A DNA stretch of 64,000 nt from Squalus acanthias (GCA_030390025.1 CM059429.1:156116001-156180000), one strand, 5' to 3'; numbered from the stretch's first letter, positions 50,975 through 64,000 are shown. The notes: generated by a model from the letters alone, not told the origin. A program made the numbers and translations.

Positions 50975-53900
50975 CTGTAAAGGAAGATGGCAAGCAGTTT
51001 GAATAATTTCAGAAAAATACGAGCACGGCACATGTGTTTGTATTGAAAGGGTGATAAATGCTTGGAAATAATTTGCTAGGCTTTGTAGGGGAGGCAAAAG
51101 CAAAGATGTTCAAAATGCAGCTTGTTGCTATAATGGGTGAGTTGAAGTAACACAGGCCAGATCTTCTTGTCATTGACATTTTCTCTGATGTGTAGGAATG
51201 GCTGCCCCAATTACCAGTAATTCTCAAAAGTTAAAAGCTGTTGTAATGGATGTAAACCTTTTAGAGGAACTGTGCAACTGAGGCACTTACAATTTTCTAG
51301 GATGTAAAGCTCTCTTTCCACCTACTGCAACCTGCAAAATTGAGCTGAATCTAGCTTGTGCCTCTGACATTCAGAGCTGAGAAGTGTTAAATCCATGACT
51401 ACATCTAATTGGTGTAATTCTCGCACTATATATTCACGACTAACAGAACTGAATTCATCATGCTTAGTTAAAAAATAAATAGGTATTTAATTTGAATCTA
51501 ATTGTTCTAACTTACTACAAAGCGATACAATTAAAATGTAATTGCTAGCGTCCTAATTAGATCAAGATAAAATAGCATTTAGCTGCACTTACATCAATTC
51601 TCATGCATTATATAAATTTCTTGCCATTAACACTGTTGCCCATAATCATAGCAAAACTAGGCTTATCTAGCAAGAACCAAGGCAGCTCTTCCTAATTCAG
51701 GTTTTTTTTTGCACTGCGAAATAAAACACTTCTCTACTCTTGTCACCCAATTTCAGTATCCAGTACTCCCAGGTCAAGTACATCATAGCCAGATGCAGAA
51801 TAAGGCTCTCTTATATTACCCCGAGAATGTACATTAGCTCCAGCTTTGAAAGAGCAATCTGTATTGCACCAGAGTCACCCGGGGGTGGGGGAATCATTAG
51901 CCTCTGAATAAAGATTGCTAATTAGTGCCAAATTGTGTCAATTTCATCCTGTGCCTGTGTCCACTAGAAAGGGCTCAATTTATCAAACCTCATTTCAATC
52001 AGAACACTTTATAGCCAGTGGGACAGAGACTTCCATCTCATCAGACAAACCCAGGTGCAATGAAAAGCAAAGTACAGTGGCTGTCCTACAGTTCCAAATC
52101 CCTTCAAGAATCTGTTTTTAAGCTATTTGCACTTCCACCAAATCAGAGCAGTTTGTTTACACGTACCACTGATCTCTGCTCCTCAACCTTGGCTTCGGAC
52201 TCGGATTGCGTTAATAAGCAAAGGCCAATAAATACAGACACTATTGCTGCCCAAAATTCACATGCACTGTGAAAACTCAATTATCTTCATACTGGATAAT
52301 GCTGGGAAGACATTTGAATTTGTTTTTTTAAATCTAAAAGCTGTGCTTCCTTGGCTCTTGCCTACAAGTAAGTTCACTATGTGGCATTCTAGCTTTTAAA
52401 AACATAAATGGAGGTGATTGACTACAGGCATTAATCAATCATTCAGGGTAATAAACAGCATGGCATATTAGAACTTAGCACAAGAACAATGACTACACAC
52501 TTGTAAGTGTTAGTGAAATGCAGCTGGAATGAGAATCATCAACACATACTTTAGTTAATTTAAATTACAGACCATGTGTGTGTTCATTTTCACTCCAGAT
52601 TTAACATCTAAAACAGATTACTTCAAAGTTATAGCAAAGAACAGCACTAAAAAAAAATAATTGAACAATGCTATAAGAAGGATTCAACATATATGTACTG
52701 CAGATAGATAATTATTAGTGCAATGTGCATGGATTATAAACAATACTGGACTAAGAGCACTATTTAGCGAATGACCATCATGTGCATTCCAATAAAACAC
52801 CCTAACTAGACTATTCTCCAAGACACAGGAAGCTTCCAAACATCTTCACTTTGTAAAAGAGACAAGCACGTCCCTAATATTAGTGCTGAAGGGAGTTGTC
52901 AGCTGCTAGCGCTTTGCTAATAGTTCTATGGTCTTAATTTCAGACCCTGAATATGGCCAGTTTTACTGTTGTGTTCTATGCAGTGCTAAGTGAAAAAAAG
53001 TACCACCACCTTAATTCATCAGGAGAGCTCGGCAGCTCAATTCTAGTTACATTTTTCTAAGGTTTGTTTACTGAATTTCCTTACCCATTTTTCAGCTTAT
53101 TTTCCTCAATCTATCTTTTGAAGATGTGAAACTGAACATCACTACAAATTCTACTGTGACAACCTGGAACACCAAGTACTGAGTAGCTTACCAAGGCTGC
53201 AGTAAGCACTATTTTGCCACCAGGGACAATAAACCCTAGCAAACTTTTTCCCCAGGCTTTAAACTCAATGCATCACAAATTCCCCACATCACTGAAAAGA
53301 TGCACACACTCAAAAACCCTATGGAAGTGGAGAAAATCAGTTTGGCAAACAAGTTTTTTTTTAATACATAAAGCATTTCAGGATTTCTGCATGCAAGCAC
53401 CTAGTATTAGTCACTTAGATTTAGCATAGTCTTCACTGTCCCCCACCACCAAAAGAAAGACAAACCTTTAATAATAGGCTACAACTTTACATTTGGGGAG
53501 GGCGGGGAAACAGACTCCCAGTTTAAACATTTCCCCTTGAAATGGCAAAAAATATTTTGGATGCGCTCATTGCCAATTTGTTTTCCTCTGTTCAAAGAAC
53601 TCTGCTTTAATTTTAACACCCAGAGTTTCAAGCGCTTACATTGTACTTTCAGGATTCATCTGAATACTTAAATCTCAGTTACATGAAAAACATTTAAAAT
53701 GTTGATTCTGTAATAAGCAAAGCTGAAGTGAATTTCTTGTAGGAGCTTCAGGTTTTTAATTGCTCCATGACCTGTGAAGCTAAGTGCCAAAGTTTCCTGG
53801 ATCGTACTTATGCAGAAATTATGCCCGTTTCTGCGTCGACCATGCCGAAAGGAACTGCAGAGCTCATCTGCTTACAACCAATGTAAAAACCGCCAGAAAA

Positions 53901-55040
53901 CAAACGCAAACGCAGCACCACCGATAGGGGAAATATATCAGGCTGCTATCTTCTGTCATGGTGCCTCGCACTCGGAGCCTCTTACCTCTGCTGCTCCTCT
54001 CCCACTATTACGCAGTATGCTCATTGGGAAGGCTTACTCCTCAAGAACACATGGGGAATGGGGAGGGGGAGCGGGAAGTCTCAAATTCGGTGCATCAAGA
54101 CTGACAACACTTTGATTAAGTGCAGGTCTTAGTACAAATTTTTTTGTAAAACTAAGATTTAAATCAGTAAGAATTTTTTTTTTTAAATCACGAAGAAAAT
54201 CATTATCAAACACCAGAAATCTCAATTACACCAAAATCAGGTGACTTTGGGCCTTGCTGCACCTACATTTTTGGATGTAAATCTATGCCAGCGCAGTATT
54301 CACAGCCATCCAGCAAATGCGCGCAAGCTTGCCTTTTGCATGGGGGCAGAGCTACGTAAATGAGCGGACATAGCTCAGAAGTGGCGCAAATAATCGACGA
54401 AATTTTTGTATAAATCCGGCGTAAATCAATTACGCACGAATTTCCTTGGGGATAAAAACTGCTCAACTCTGCTCTTACACCACAGATACGCCAAACCCTT
54501 CCGTGGAAATTGTGGGCCGAAATGATGCAATCTACACGATCAATTTTTCAACCAATGTTGCTAGGTTTTAAAAACATGACGATGGGTTCTGTGTGTTGCA
54601 GCAATTTAAAATTACCATGGTTAATTTCTTTAGCAGCACATAAAGTTCTAAAATTAAAAAGAGCAAGTTTAAGGCAAATACATGGATCATTTGCTAATAT
54701 ATTCCAAAAAGTTAATTCTTAATCAATTCTATTAACTAGTAGTTTTATCTGCTGACAAATGAGATCAGTTTGTTTTATATTTTAGTTCTCAATCTAATTT
54801 TTATATTTGCCAAATTTGTTTTTTATTTTATGAGCATCCCAATAATAGCTGACTATTAGTTTTAACAAGAGCACAAAACAAACCACACAGCAAGACAAAT
54901 GCAAGACAAAATATATTAGGATTGAACTCGTACCACAGCAATAAAAAAAAAACACTGATGGCTGCAATGTTGCTTATGCATATTGCATTAAAACACAGGC
55001 ATTGCGGTCAGTGTTTTTTTTAGCAGAAAATTCTAGTTAC

Positions 55041-55070
55041 CTTCTCCACCAGAAGCAGCAAAGAGCATCT
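55041..55070 (-). CDS. ITSN1: Candidate 30-nt microexon (EMLFAASGGE)
   Basis: ttccttgcccttcag acceptor and AAG|gtaact donor; phase 1-1, no stop. No transcript evidence. Confidence 0.5.
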
Positions 55071-57894
55071 CTGAAGGGCAAGGAACCCTCAAGTTGGAAT
55101 CTGAATGAATGAGGACCATTATGGTTTGATCATATTAAAAGGACATACATAAAATATATTATGCAAAACAGTTTTCCTACATTTATATTGCTATCAACAG
55201 AGATGAGCTATATCTATATCTTCTAAACGAAATGCTTGTTTCCTGCCATAAACTAGTCAGCACTTGAGGTTTTGCTTTCCTTTAAGTGCTGAATGGATAT
55301 GCTATTCTACAGATCAAGTGCTCAACTGCACTATCCTTTCGTTTGGAAGTGGGGGGGGAAATGGCGGAGGGGTAAAAAAAAAAAGAAATCTCATTTCATA
55401 AAAACACATGGCAACGTCTTCCAGAATAACTCAGTGGCTTTACAACTCAGCAGCTGAGACATGTGGACCAACAAAGTACCAGGTTCAATCCCTGGTCTGG
55501 GGCATGCACTACAACTGGCTTCAGCACTGCCAGTTTAGGAAATAGAAAATCAGTCAGAGATCATGTTTCTGATCACTATCCAGCAACCCCACCTGTGTGA
55601 ACATCAGGTACAGGATCAGCTTGGCGACGATGCCCTCTGTGGTCCAATAGCTTGCCAACTCTCACCGCCAAGGCTCATAATCAATTATGGCTGCTTGATA
55701 GGAAAGCAATTCTGGTGGAGGTGTACCCCAGCAAGGAGACAACATCTTCAGGAAAGGAGGGGAGAAACTTGGCAAATAAAAAAAACAAATTGCACAAAAC
55801 AAAAATTGGCGACAGAAATGTGAAAGACACAAATCGTTAGTTTGAGTACAAAGAAAATTGTCAATGCTGGAAATACCAGACCCTGAAGGTTCATGCACAA
55901 AACATTAACTTGTAGGGCTAGCTATGCATTTCCAGCAATTTCTGTTTTTATTGCCAATGTAAATCAGTTGAAAGGATCAGGATAAAATTGAGACTAAAAC
56001 TTCAATTGATCAGATTTCAGTTAGTGCTTACAGTGATACTAAAATCAAAAGCTGCCCAATTCCAGTCTCTCTTCATAAACTATTTCTTTACTGACTTCCA
56101 CAGAACCATTTAATTTAAATATACAAGAAGTTAGAATTCTATATATGAAAATAAAAAGAAGAAAGTTTCAAAACACTCATCATCAGGACATCCTTTGAAA
56201 AAGATTAAGATTGAGTATTATTTTTCTGTAATTTTTATTTTTAAAACAGTGAGCACTGGGAGACTAAATGGTACTGTGGGTGATCACATGCTCCATTCAC
56301 CTCTTGGACAACAATTCCACTCCTGCCCAGACTGGATGGAAAAACCTCCTCTCTGATTGGGTGCTGGATTTAGGGGCCCAACATGGTGACTTTGGGCACT
56401 TCTGAGCAAGTGCGGTCCACAGCATAGTTTTTCAAATTAACAATTGCATGTAAGAAAGGCCACAGGATAGCTGGTGTGTAATGAGGGGAAATTTTCCTTA
56501 CTGGAGGAAATGGGGAGGGAGATAAAGAATAGGGTAGCCTGACTAGTAAAGCAGTGGGATGGTCCATTGGCAAGTTGCTGGTCTGATGGATGGAAAGTGA
56601 TTATGCTCAAGAGTTTCCAATCCATGCTATTGAGAAATCCACACAGGTGAAGTTTCTGTTTGTGAGATGTGGAGAATACACACTCTCCCTTTGCTGGTAA
56701 GCTGCTGGTTTAAAAAAAATTCTCGGGATGTGAGCGTTGCTGGCAAGGTCGGCATTTATTGCTCATTCCCAATAACTTAGTGGCTTGCTAGGTCACATCA
56801 GAGGTAAAGAGTGAACTACATTGGTGCAGTCACATATGGGCCAGATTTGGTAAAGACAATGTCCTTCAGGGAAGGAAACCTAACGAATGAGTTGTTTTTA
56901 CGACAACTGACTGCTTCATGATCACTTTTACTGATAGCAGCTTTTCATTTCAGATTTTTTAAAAAATTAATTCAAAGTCTCAAATTGCCATGGTGGGAAT
57001 GGAAGTTCAGTTGTCTGATTAGTCCAGCCTCTGGATTACTAGTCCAGGAATGTAACCACCATATTACTGTAACCCGGTTAATGTGTATTTTGCCATGAGC
57101 AATGGGCTATCTGCTGGAGGTTCTGGAGCCTCAGCTCTTGCCAACCTGTGCCTAAGCATCCTGGACTAGTTACGCAGGGTGTGTCCCTTCAGGGAGAGAG
57201 CACGCACTCCATATCTTACGAAACAGAAACTGAGAGAGTGTTTCTCAGTAGCTTGGTTTGGAGACTGTTAAGTGTCAGATGCTTTGATAACCCCACCCCT
57301 GGATCGAATAATCTGCCAACGCTCGTTTTCTAGGTTTACAGAGAACCATAGACAAGGTACCAGAAAGCTACTGGTGTTCATGGAACCACAGTCCAGCAAG
57401 AGCCATTGGTTCAGGAATTTTTTTTTTAAAAACACAGATCAGAGAACTGGACGGAAGACTGAAACAGATAGATGATTCATCATCAACTGTCTGTTATTTT
57501 AGCTCCCTCACACCAATGGATTAAATACACACCAAACTGTACTCATTGTTTCAAGAAATATTTACCAATCGAATACAACATAAGGATGCCAAGCTCAACA
57601 AAACAGTCATAGATGAATTTAAGTGGAGTCCTGATGAGGAGATTCCCTCCATAACCAAAAATTAATGTCCTATAACTTGCCACATTTCTAGTATTCTATT
57701 TACATTTAAAATATACAAAAAAGTTATAATCCATTTATTTTAAAAGGCATTCAGTACACTTCCTCATCCATGCAAAGCAACACTATCAATAATGCTTCTG
57801 AATTCAGAACATTTTTATCAGAAAATAAAGATTCAAAGTGGGCTACAAAAGCATGACTGGTTCATTAGAAGCGTCAGTGAGATAGTTACTGTAC

Positions 57895-57948
57895 CTTTCC
57901 TTGGGAGAGAGGGAGGTCGAGGCGGAGGAGCCTCCTCCCTGCACAGTT
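57895..57948 (-). CDS. ITSN1: Candidate 54-nt alternative cassette exon (ELCREEAPPPRPPSLPRK)
   Basis: Long pyrimidine tract ttcttttctttgttttctgatgtctgctgtag and AAG|gtacag donor; phase 1-1, no stop, GC-rich patch in an AT-rich intron. No transcript evidence. Confidence 0.55.
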
Positions 57949-59109
57949 CTACAGCAGACATCAGAAAACAAAGAAAAGAACAGTACAGCATGATAAAGTA
58001 AAGTGACAACAAGAGTCAAAGTGATGCACAGAAATGAGCAAAAATAGCAATGACAATGTAGCGACAGCAATACAATGTTATAGCTAACAATACAAAAAAC
58101 ACAAGAGCAACAATGCAGTAACCTGATTGGAAACAAATCAAAGTACACTCTATATCTTGTGGTTTGATACATGGGACAGTTGCATAATACTCCAGGCCAC
58201 GAATTTACAGTGACCAAGTCAAATTCCATTTTAATTACATGGGATTGCACAATGTAATTTTTAAACCAGTTTTGAGATCACATTTGATAATTCTGCTATT
58301 TACAATTTGGGCCACTGGTTTTTAAGTCAAACTAATTTTACATTCCATCGAATTCCAGAATTTGGAGAACCACACTTCATTCATTTATCTTGAAAGTTGT
58401 AAATCAACAACCTTTAATAGAGTACCTTGAATGATAATTTTTGAAATAATTTTGGACTATGAGTTCCGACGACAGAAAATGCATTGTGTTATCACATGCA
58501 CCTTGGTATACAATGAGCTGGCTGGCACAAATCTCAATTTATAAAATCATAACGCATATATCATTTTTTTTTGAGCAGCCAGGTGTTCCAACACCCATCA
58601 TGTTTAAGAGTGTGCAATCCGAGTGACTGAGAAATCCACACAGGTGGAGTTTGTTTGCCCAATGTGGAGTGCACACTCTTCTCTGATGCAGAACACCCCA
58701 CTTACCCAGAAAGCATAGGCACAGGTTGGCAAGAGCCAAGGTCAATTGACCCTCAAGGGCATGTGTACTTCTGGAGCTTTACCACCCCAGAGTTGCACAG
58801 CTTTTCATGCCAAATCACGACCAAGTTTCCTGTTACTTTTCCAGCCAGGATCACCGCTTGGATAGGTTTATTTACAGCCAAGCAGGAAAGAGTTGAATTG
58901 CCCAATGACAAGTCTACACTTCAGGGACTATTAATGAACCAGGCTGGCTGGTCAATTATCAACAATGCCCTGAAATACTGTTCACCTCTCTGACACTGTG
59001 CAGTGCAGGGGGGATGGGGGGAAATCAGAGCAGTGACAGAGTGGAGCATGGGGGGAATGTCCCGTAGACCGTATTTAAAAACAGCACTGGAGAATCGGAG
59101 TGGCAACCT

Positions 59110-59520
59110 GTCTGAAACAAACGGAGGGAAGAATTTGAAGAAAGTGATGCCTTAGCTATTGCAGAGGAAGGAGCGGCAGAGCCCGAAGAATTAAGTGTTC
59201 CAATTATTTATTTATGCTTTAATGTTTAACTATAAAATAGATTATAGGGCTACTAAACGTAAAAGAATTAGTACACAAGAGGCAAGCAAAAAAATAAGCT
59301 TTAAATAAGTAAACAGACTTGAGACTAAATATACTACAATGAATAGAAATAATAGAAATCAAATTAAAGCCATCTGATAATCAACATTTAGTATTAAAGG
59401 TGGTAGAGTTAAATTAATAACAGATGTATAATAAATAAATGTAGAGTAGATAATGGCAGCACAGGCAGTGTGTTGGGACTGCAGAATGTTGGAATTTGTG
59501 AACAGTGAGGCAGAGAATGC
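59110..59520 (+). mobile_element. Probable CR1 5'UTR and ORF1 start fragment
   Basis: A-rich leader, then ATG at 59453 reading MAAQAVCWDCRMLEFV (CxxC-x-M motif like CR1 ORF1 N-termini). Confidence 0.45.
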
Positions 59521-60835
59521 AACCTGTTCCTATTCCAAAGTCACTTAATTCAAATTATCTGATTCAAATTTTTTTGAAGGCATTTGATGTCCACGTCACT
59601 AAGCTATTTATGTTGCTTAATTTGAATTATTTGGGGGTATTTGAATTTTTTAAGTGCAAAATTATCAGGAGTGGACCGTACACCAAGTTAAGATAGCCTG
59701 CAATGAAGGCAGATAGAAGGGGACAAAATTGAGACAAATAAAAACTCTGAAAATAGGGTCTGGAAGTTAAGTCTGTACCAAGTTGAACATTTTAAATGTT
59801 TCTCAGATGTTACCCATTCCATAGTGAAGACGGATTTAAAAATGCCACATGAATACAAACTAATTTCCAAGGTTCTGAATTGGGACTCCTCGTCTACTTT
59901 CTGCAAAATAACACTTGCTGCTTTAGACAAGGATTCTAGGTGATTGGTGAAACACAATGGTATTTCGCTTTTGTCCGTCTTTTATAGAAGAGAAACGATT
60001 GAAGTAAAGCCATGACCCTGGCTCCAGTTGCTAACAAAAGCAGTATTGTTACTGGTCCACTCACATTGACTAATTTTCACATCATATAATTTAAACAATA
60101 GCTTTTTAAATACCCCCAAACCACTGGAGTTGAATTTACACTGCCGATGACAAATATGTCTATATTTGCTGATTGGAACACATTAACGAAGAACTACACA
60201 TTCTTAATTTATACAGCTAATGAAAATCACTCAAACTGAAACGGCTTTTTTTTAAAAAAAGTCTTTGTCCCTAGTTCATATTGGCAGGAGCATTAAACTA
60301 GCTGGTTACAGTAAATATTTGCACGTGTGTACAATATAATGGTTTTGTATTTTATAATGGCAACCTATTTGACAAAAACCAAGGGAAAACATTAATTTGC
60401 ATCAGCATGCTTGTGTTTTATGTATTAAATTGAGGGGTCATCTGACACGGATATCAAGATTTTGGTCTGTTTACACCTTACAAAGCTGCTTTGAAACCAG
60501 TGTATGTTTTAATACTGGTTTAGTATTTGAATCTACAGTAAATTGGTAGGTTAAGTGAAGTACTTCCAGTAAAATCTCTCGTGTTAAAAGATTACCAAAA
60601 CAGCAACCAATTTAAAACTTGCATTTAATGCAAATACTAATGACATCACAAGTCAATTGAGATTCACAATAATAAAAATTCAGAAGGGGTAAGCACCGGG
60701 TTGCACCACTACCTACTTTACCCTTGTGCATTAAATTGTCACCTCCTGGTGGTTGCAAACTGAAATTGGGGTTAAACTATACCATGCAGACTGCGCTCTT
60801 CCTAATACATTAAAGTTCAGCAGTTGTGCACTTAC

Positions 60836-60921
60836 CATCTCCCTGTGATGCAGTCACCTTCGATGGTGGGGTGGTCATTCGCTTCAAGCTGGGTGGGCTT
60901 TCGGAAGAAGTGGAATCCACA
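60836..60921 (-). CDS. ITSN1: ITSN1 exon, SH3B-SH3C linker (VDSTSSESPPSLKRMTTPPSKVTASQGD)
   Basis: ccctgaag acceptor and G|gtaagt donor; 86 nt, phase 2 to 1; resembles mammalian MDSGSSESPASLKRVASP. Confidence 0.88.
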
Positions 60922-63204
60922 CTTCAGGGAGGACAAAAACTTGGGTTATACGGTTTGTTTTTAGTGTTCTGAAGCTGCAATGCCCTGAAATTACTATATA
61001 ATTTATTTAAAATTCACAATTTTCAATGTAAAACAAACTTTTTTTTTTAAACTGTGTTTAATCACCGATAATCAAGTAATTCAGCTTTTGGTTTACAATT
61101 TAAGGGACAGAGAGTCGAGTGGAGGTGACTAGGAGTATAAGCCCACTTTTGCTCTTATGACCAGTGAAACAAAATATCCAGTTGATAATTGATGCCTTCT
61201 AAAATTTTAACGTTGTAGTTAAAAGCACTAGCTCATTAAGAAAGCCTCAAAATGGTTGCTTTGATTTAAAATCTTCAAAACCATCGAGAATATCTGTATA
61301 ATTTTTTTAATTTATTTTTTTATTAGATATACCCTTTTTCAAAGATACTCTTCTCCTACATGGCCTCTCCAACTTGTGTTTTGCTCCTTCTCATTTAGAT
61401 GTCTGCACCACATACTGATCTTGTTAACAAGGAGGTGGGCAATCTGCTCCCAAGCCCCAGCTATCAAAACCATGTGGAGTCCTGAGGTCTCCCATCCCTG
61501 CAGAGAAGTGGCAAACCTTCATTCAGCACCTGTTCTTGACCAGGATCAGTTGGTTGCTGTTTGCAGAGATCACAGGCACAAACTCACATCCTACCAGTCC
61601 ATGGCAACAGACACCCGAGGTTTCACAACAAATTAGAGTTTATAATGTACAATTTGTTCTGTGCAGTTTTGAAATGAGTCATCTCTTATCCATGTATCCA
61701 ATATATTATTGAACTTGCAGTCTCGATCAAAAGCTGCACTTTCTGCCAGGACAGACATGAATCCCAAATTATGCCAAATCTTTTCCTCGTGTTCTTTTGA
61801 ATAGCTTGCCTTTAAATAAACAATCCAGTTACGAACACAACTGGACGCGAACTGCAAAATAACTTGCCTGAAAACAAAGTGTTTTTAGAATTTGAAAAGC
61901 CTTGAACTTTGATATTTACTTTCAATAGTGTCGTGTGTACTGTGCCAACTACATTAATTTGCTCTTTTCACAGAAATCCAGGCAGTACATTTTCTTTGGA
62001 AAGTCTGGCCTTTTGGCTGCAACAGTGTGGGGCAGTTTGTTTATAAACAAGCCCACATTCTGGAGACTGTACAATCCTAGCAGTATTTTCTCTCCAAGCT
62101 CTGCCCATGCAATCAAACCCAGTTATAATTTGAAAGAGGGCTTTAAAGTATTTTTTTTTTTTAAAAGAAAATGTTAATAAGTACCCATGCCTACTCAAAT
62201 GCTGAATTCCCTGACCAAGTGACACAAGTAAAAATCTTAAACTCACATGCTGTGTTTCTCTCGTACACAGCATACAATTCCATGTTCAAAAGTCTGGGGG
62301 AAGTCAAATAGGGTTTCTCACTCGGAATAATAATTGCTTAAATAAAATTGCAACTGGTCTACAATGAACGTCGGTTTTTCTGTAATATACCACTGAATTT
62401 GCACCCAGAGAGCTGTATTTCAGTTCCATAGGTTCCAGTAGCCGTTCAATGCCTCACCCAAGTGGCTACTCTTCTTGTGAGCCTAGATAGGCGCGTGTTA
62501 GCAGGTTAGCTAACAAAAGCAAAGCACAATGAACGAGGAAAGACCTTCTGGTCCACCAAGCCCACATCTTTCACAGACTCTGTACAACTATCATCCTTGA
62601 CTTCACCCCATTGAATTGATCTTCTGACAAGTTTTGCACAAATGCACCCAAATATCCATCCCTTAATATTTTTGCTTCAACAGACCATCTCTTCCTTGAA
62701 ATGTCAATACTGTCCTCCCTGTAATGGGAGGTGTGCGAGATTGTCTTGGTGGGACTGTACTTTGCCTAAATCCATAAATTACTATTGTGCAAAACAGCAC
62801 ATTTATTTTGCTTAAAATTCAGCTGATCATAGCTTAACTGATGGATTTTTTGAATGTTTATTTCCTTACATCGGTCACTTGGCTTGACATTAGAAAATGT
62901 TATATTACTTGTACTTTCCAAGCCATTTACAACTGCTGTGAACAGGGGAGCCTGATCAGAACCCGAGGCAAACTGCTGCTCAATGCCCACAGACACAGCT
63001 TTTTCCACTGATCACCCCCTCTGCTGCCTACTGCCTAGCCAGATGTGAGACAAATAACACAAACTTAAAACTACTTTTTTTTTAAACAAAGTCTCAGACT
63101 TGGAACTTCAGATGTCTTCTGCAAATCCAAGTAATTTTTATCTACTAGGCAGCCTGCATCCACCAATTCATTAACCCGCTCAAAGAATTCAGACAAATTA
63201 GTGA

Positions 63205-64000
63205 GATAAGAAATAGGAGCAGGAGTAGGCCATTCGGCCCTTCCGCCATTCAATGAGATCATGGCTGATCTTCTGCCTCAACTCCATTCACCGGCCCTAT
63301 CGCCATATCCCTTAATGCCTTTACTAGTCAGAAATCTATCCACTTCTGTTTTGAATATATCCAATGACTGAGCCTCCACAGCCCTCTGGGGTAGAGAATT
63401 CCAAAGATTCACCACCCTCTGAAGAAATTTCTTCTCATCTCAGTCCTGAATGGCCTACCCTTTATCCTGAGGCCCCAGGTTCTAGACTCCCCAGCCAAGG
63501 GAAACATTCTCCCAGCATCCACCCTATCAAGCCCTGTAATAATTTTGTATGCTTCAATGAGATCCCCTCTCATTCTTCTGAATTCAAGAGAATACAGGCC
63601 TAGTTTACTCAATCTCTTCCCATACAACAGTCCTGCCATCCCAGGAATCAATCTCATGAACCTTCGTTGCACTCCTTCTATGGCAAGTATATCCTTCCTT
63701 AGGTAAGGAGACCAAAATTGTACACAGTACTCCAGGTGTGGTCTCACCAAGGCCCTATATAATTGGAGCAAGACTTCTTTACTCCTGTACTCAAATCCTC
63801 TTGTAATGAAGGCCAGCATACCATTTGCCTTCCTAATGGCTTGCTGCACCTGCACATTCACTTTCAGTGACTCATGTACAAGGGCACCCAGGTCCCTTTG
63901 AGCATCTGCATTCCTCAATCTTTCACCATTTAGGAACGACTCTGCCTTTCTGTTTTTTCTACCAAAGTGGATAACTTCACATTTATCCACATTATATTCC
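63205..64000 (-). mobile_element. CR1 LINE 3' part, runs off the window edge
   Basis: ORF 63409-63990 DKCEVIHFG...LVRPHLEYCVQFWSP...RRNFF; CR1 tail. Confidence 0.93.

Larger units (their letters stand above)
6643..60921 (-). other. ITSN1: Intersectin-1 gene, 3' portion (SH3B/C linker to stop of long isoform); 5' exons lie beyond the right edge of the window
   Basis: 17 exons with GT-AG boundaries and matching phases translate to SH3C-SH3D-SH3E-DH-PH-C2. Peptides such as [30 protein letters not shown] and [14 protein letters not shown] match ITSN1 rather than ITSN2. Confidence 0.97.

Noticed and set aside
6643-60921. ITSN2 as the gene identity
   Set aside because: Linker, SH3C and C-terminal residues follow ITSN1 ([34 protein letters not shown]).
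62766-63008. 80-aa ORF as an extra ITSN1 exon
   Set aside because: In-frame TGA just upstream and no acceptor in the required phase with a good pyrimidine tract.

Overview
Eukaryotic (vertebrate) genomic DNA. The repeat content (DeuSINE/SacSINE1-like and HE1/V-SINE-like SINEs, CR1 LINEs, Penelope-like elements) points to a cartilaginous fish, probably a shark; the taxon is inferred. The window holds the 3' half of intersectin-1 (ITSN1) on the minus strand. I traced 17 phase-consistent GT-AG coding exons from the SH3B-SH3C linker (60921) through SH3C/D/E, DH, PH and C2 to the long-isoform stop (6643). The short-isoform terminal exon starts at 40850, where a split T|GA stop forms on splicing. 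Introns are filled with SINEs, LINE fragments, MITEs and two palindromic Penelope insertions carrying minimal hammerhead ribozymes. Most ORFs in the supplied track are noise or LINE remnants. Best leads: (1) a three-element, mutually exclusive RNA pairing switch interleaved with UGCAUG motifs in the short-isoform terminal exon; (2) two in-frame candidate micro/mini-exons before SH3C, one encoding a PxxP SH3-ligand-like peptide and bracketed by competing inverted repeats; (3) two hammerhead-bearing Penelope insertions in the same LINE family that share a junction microhomology; (4) a Tyr->Cys change in the DH QRxxRYPL motif. All alignments were done by eye, and repeat boundaries are approximate.
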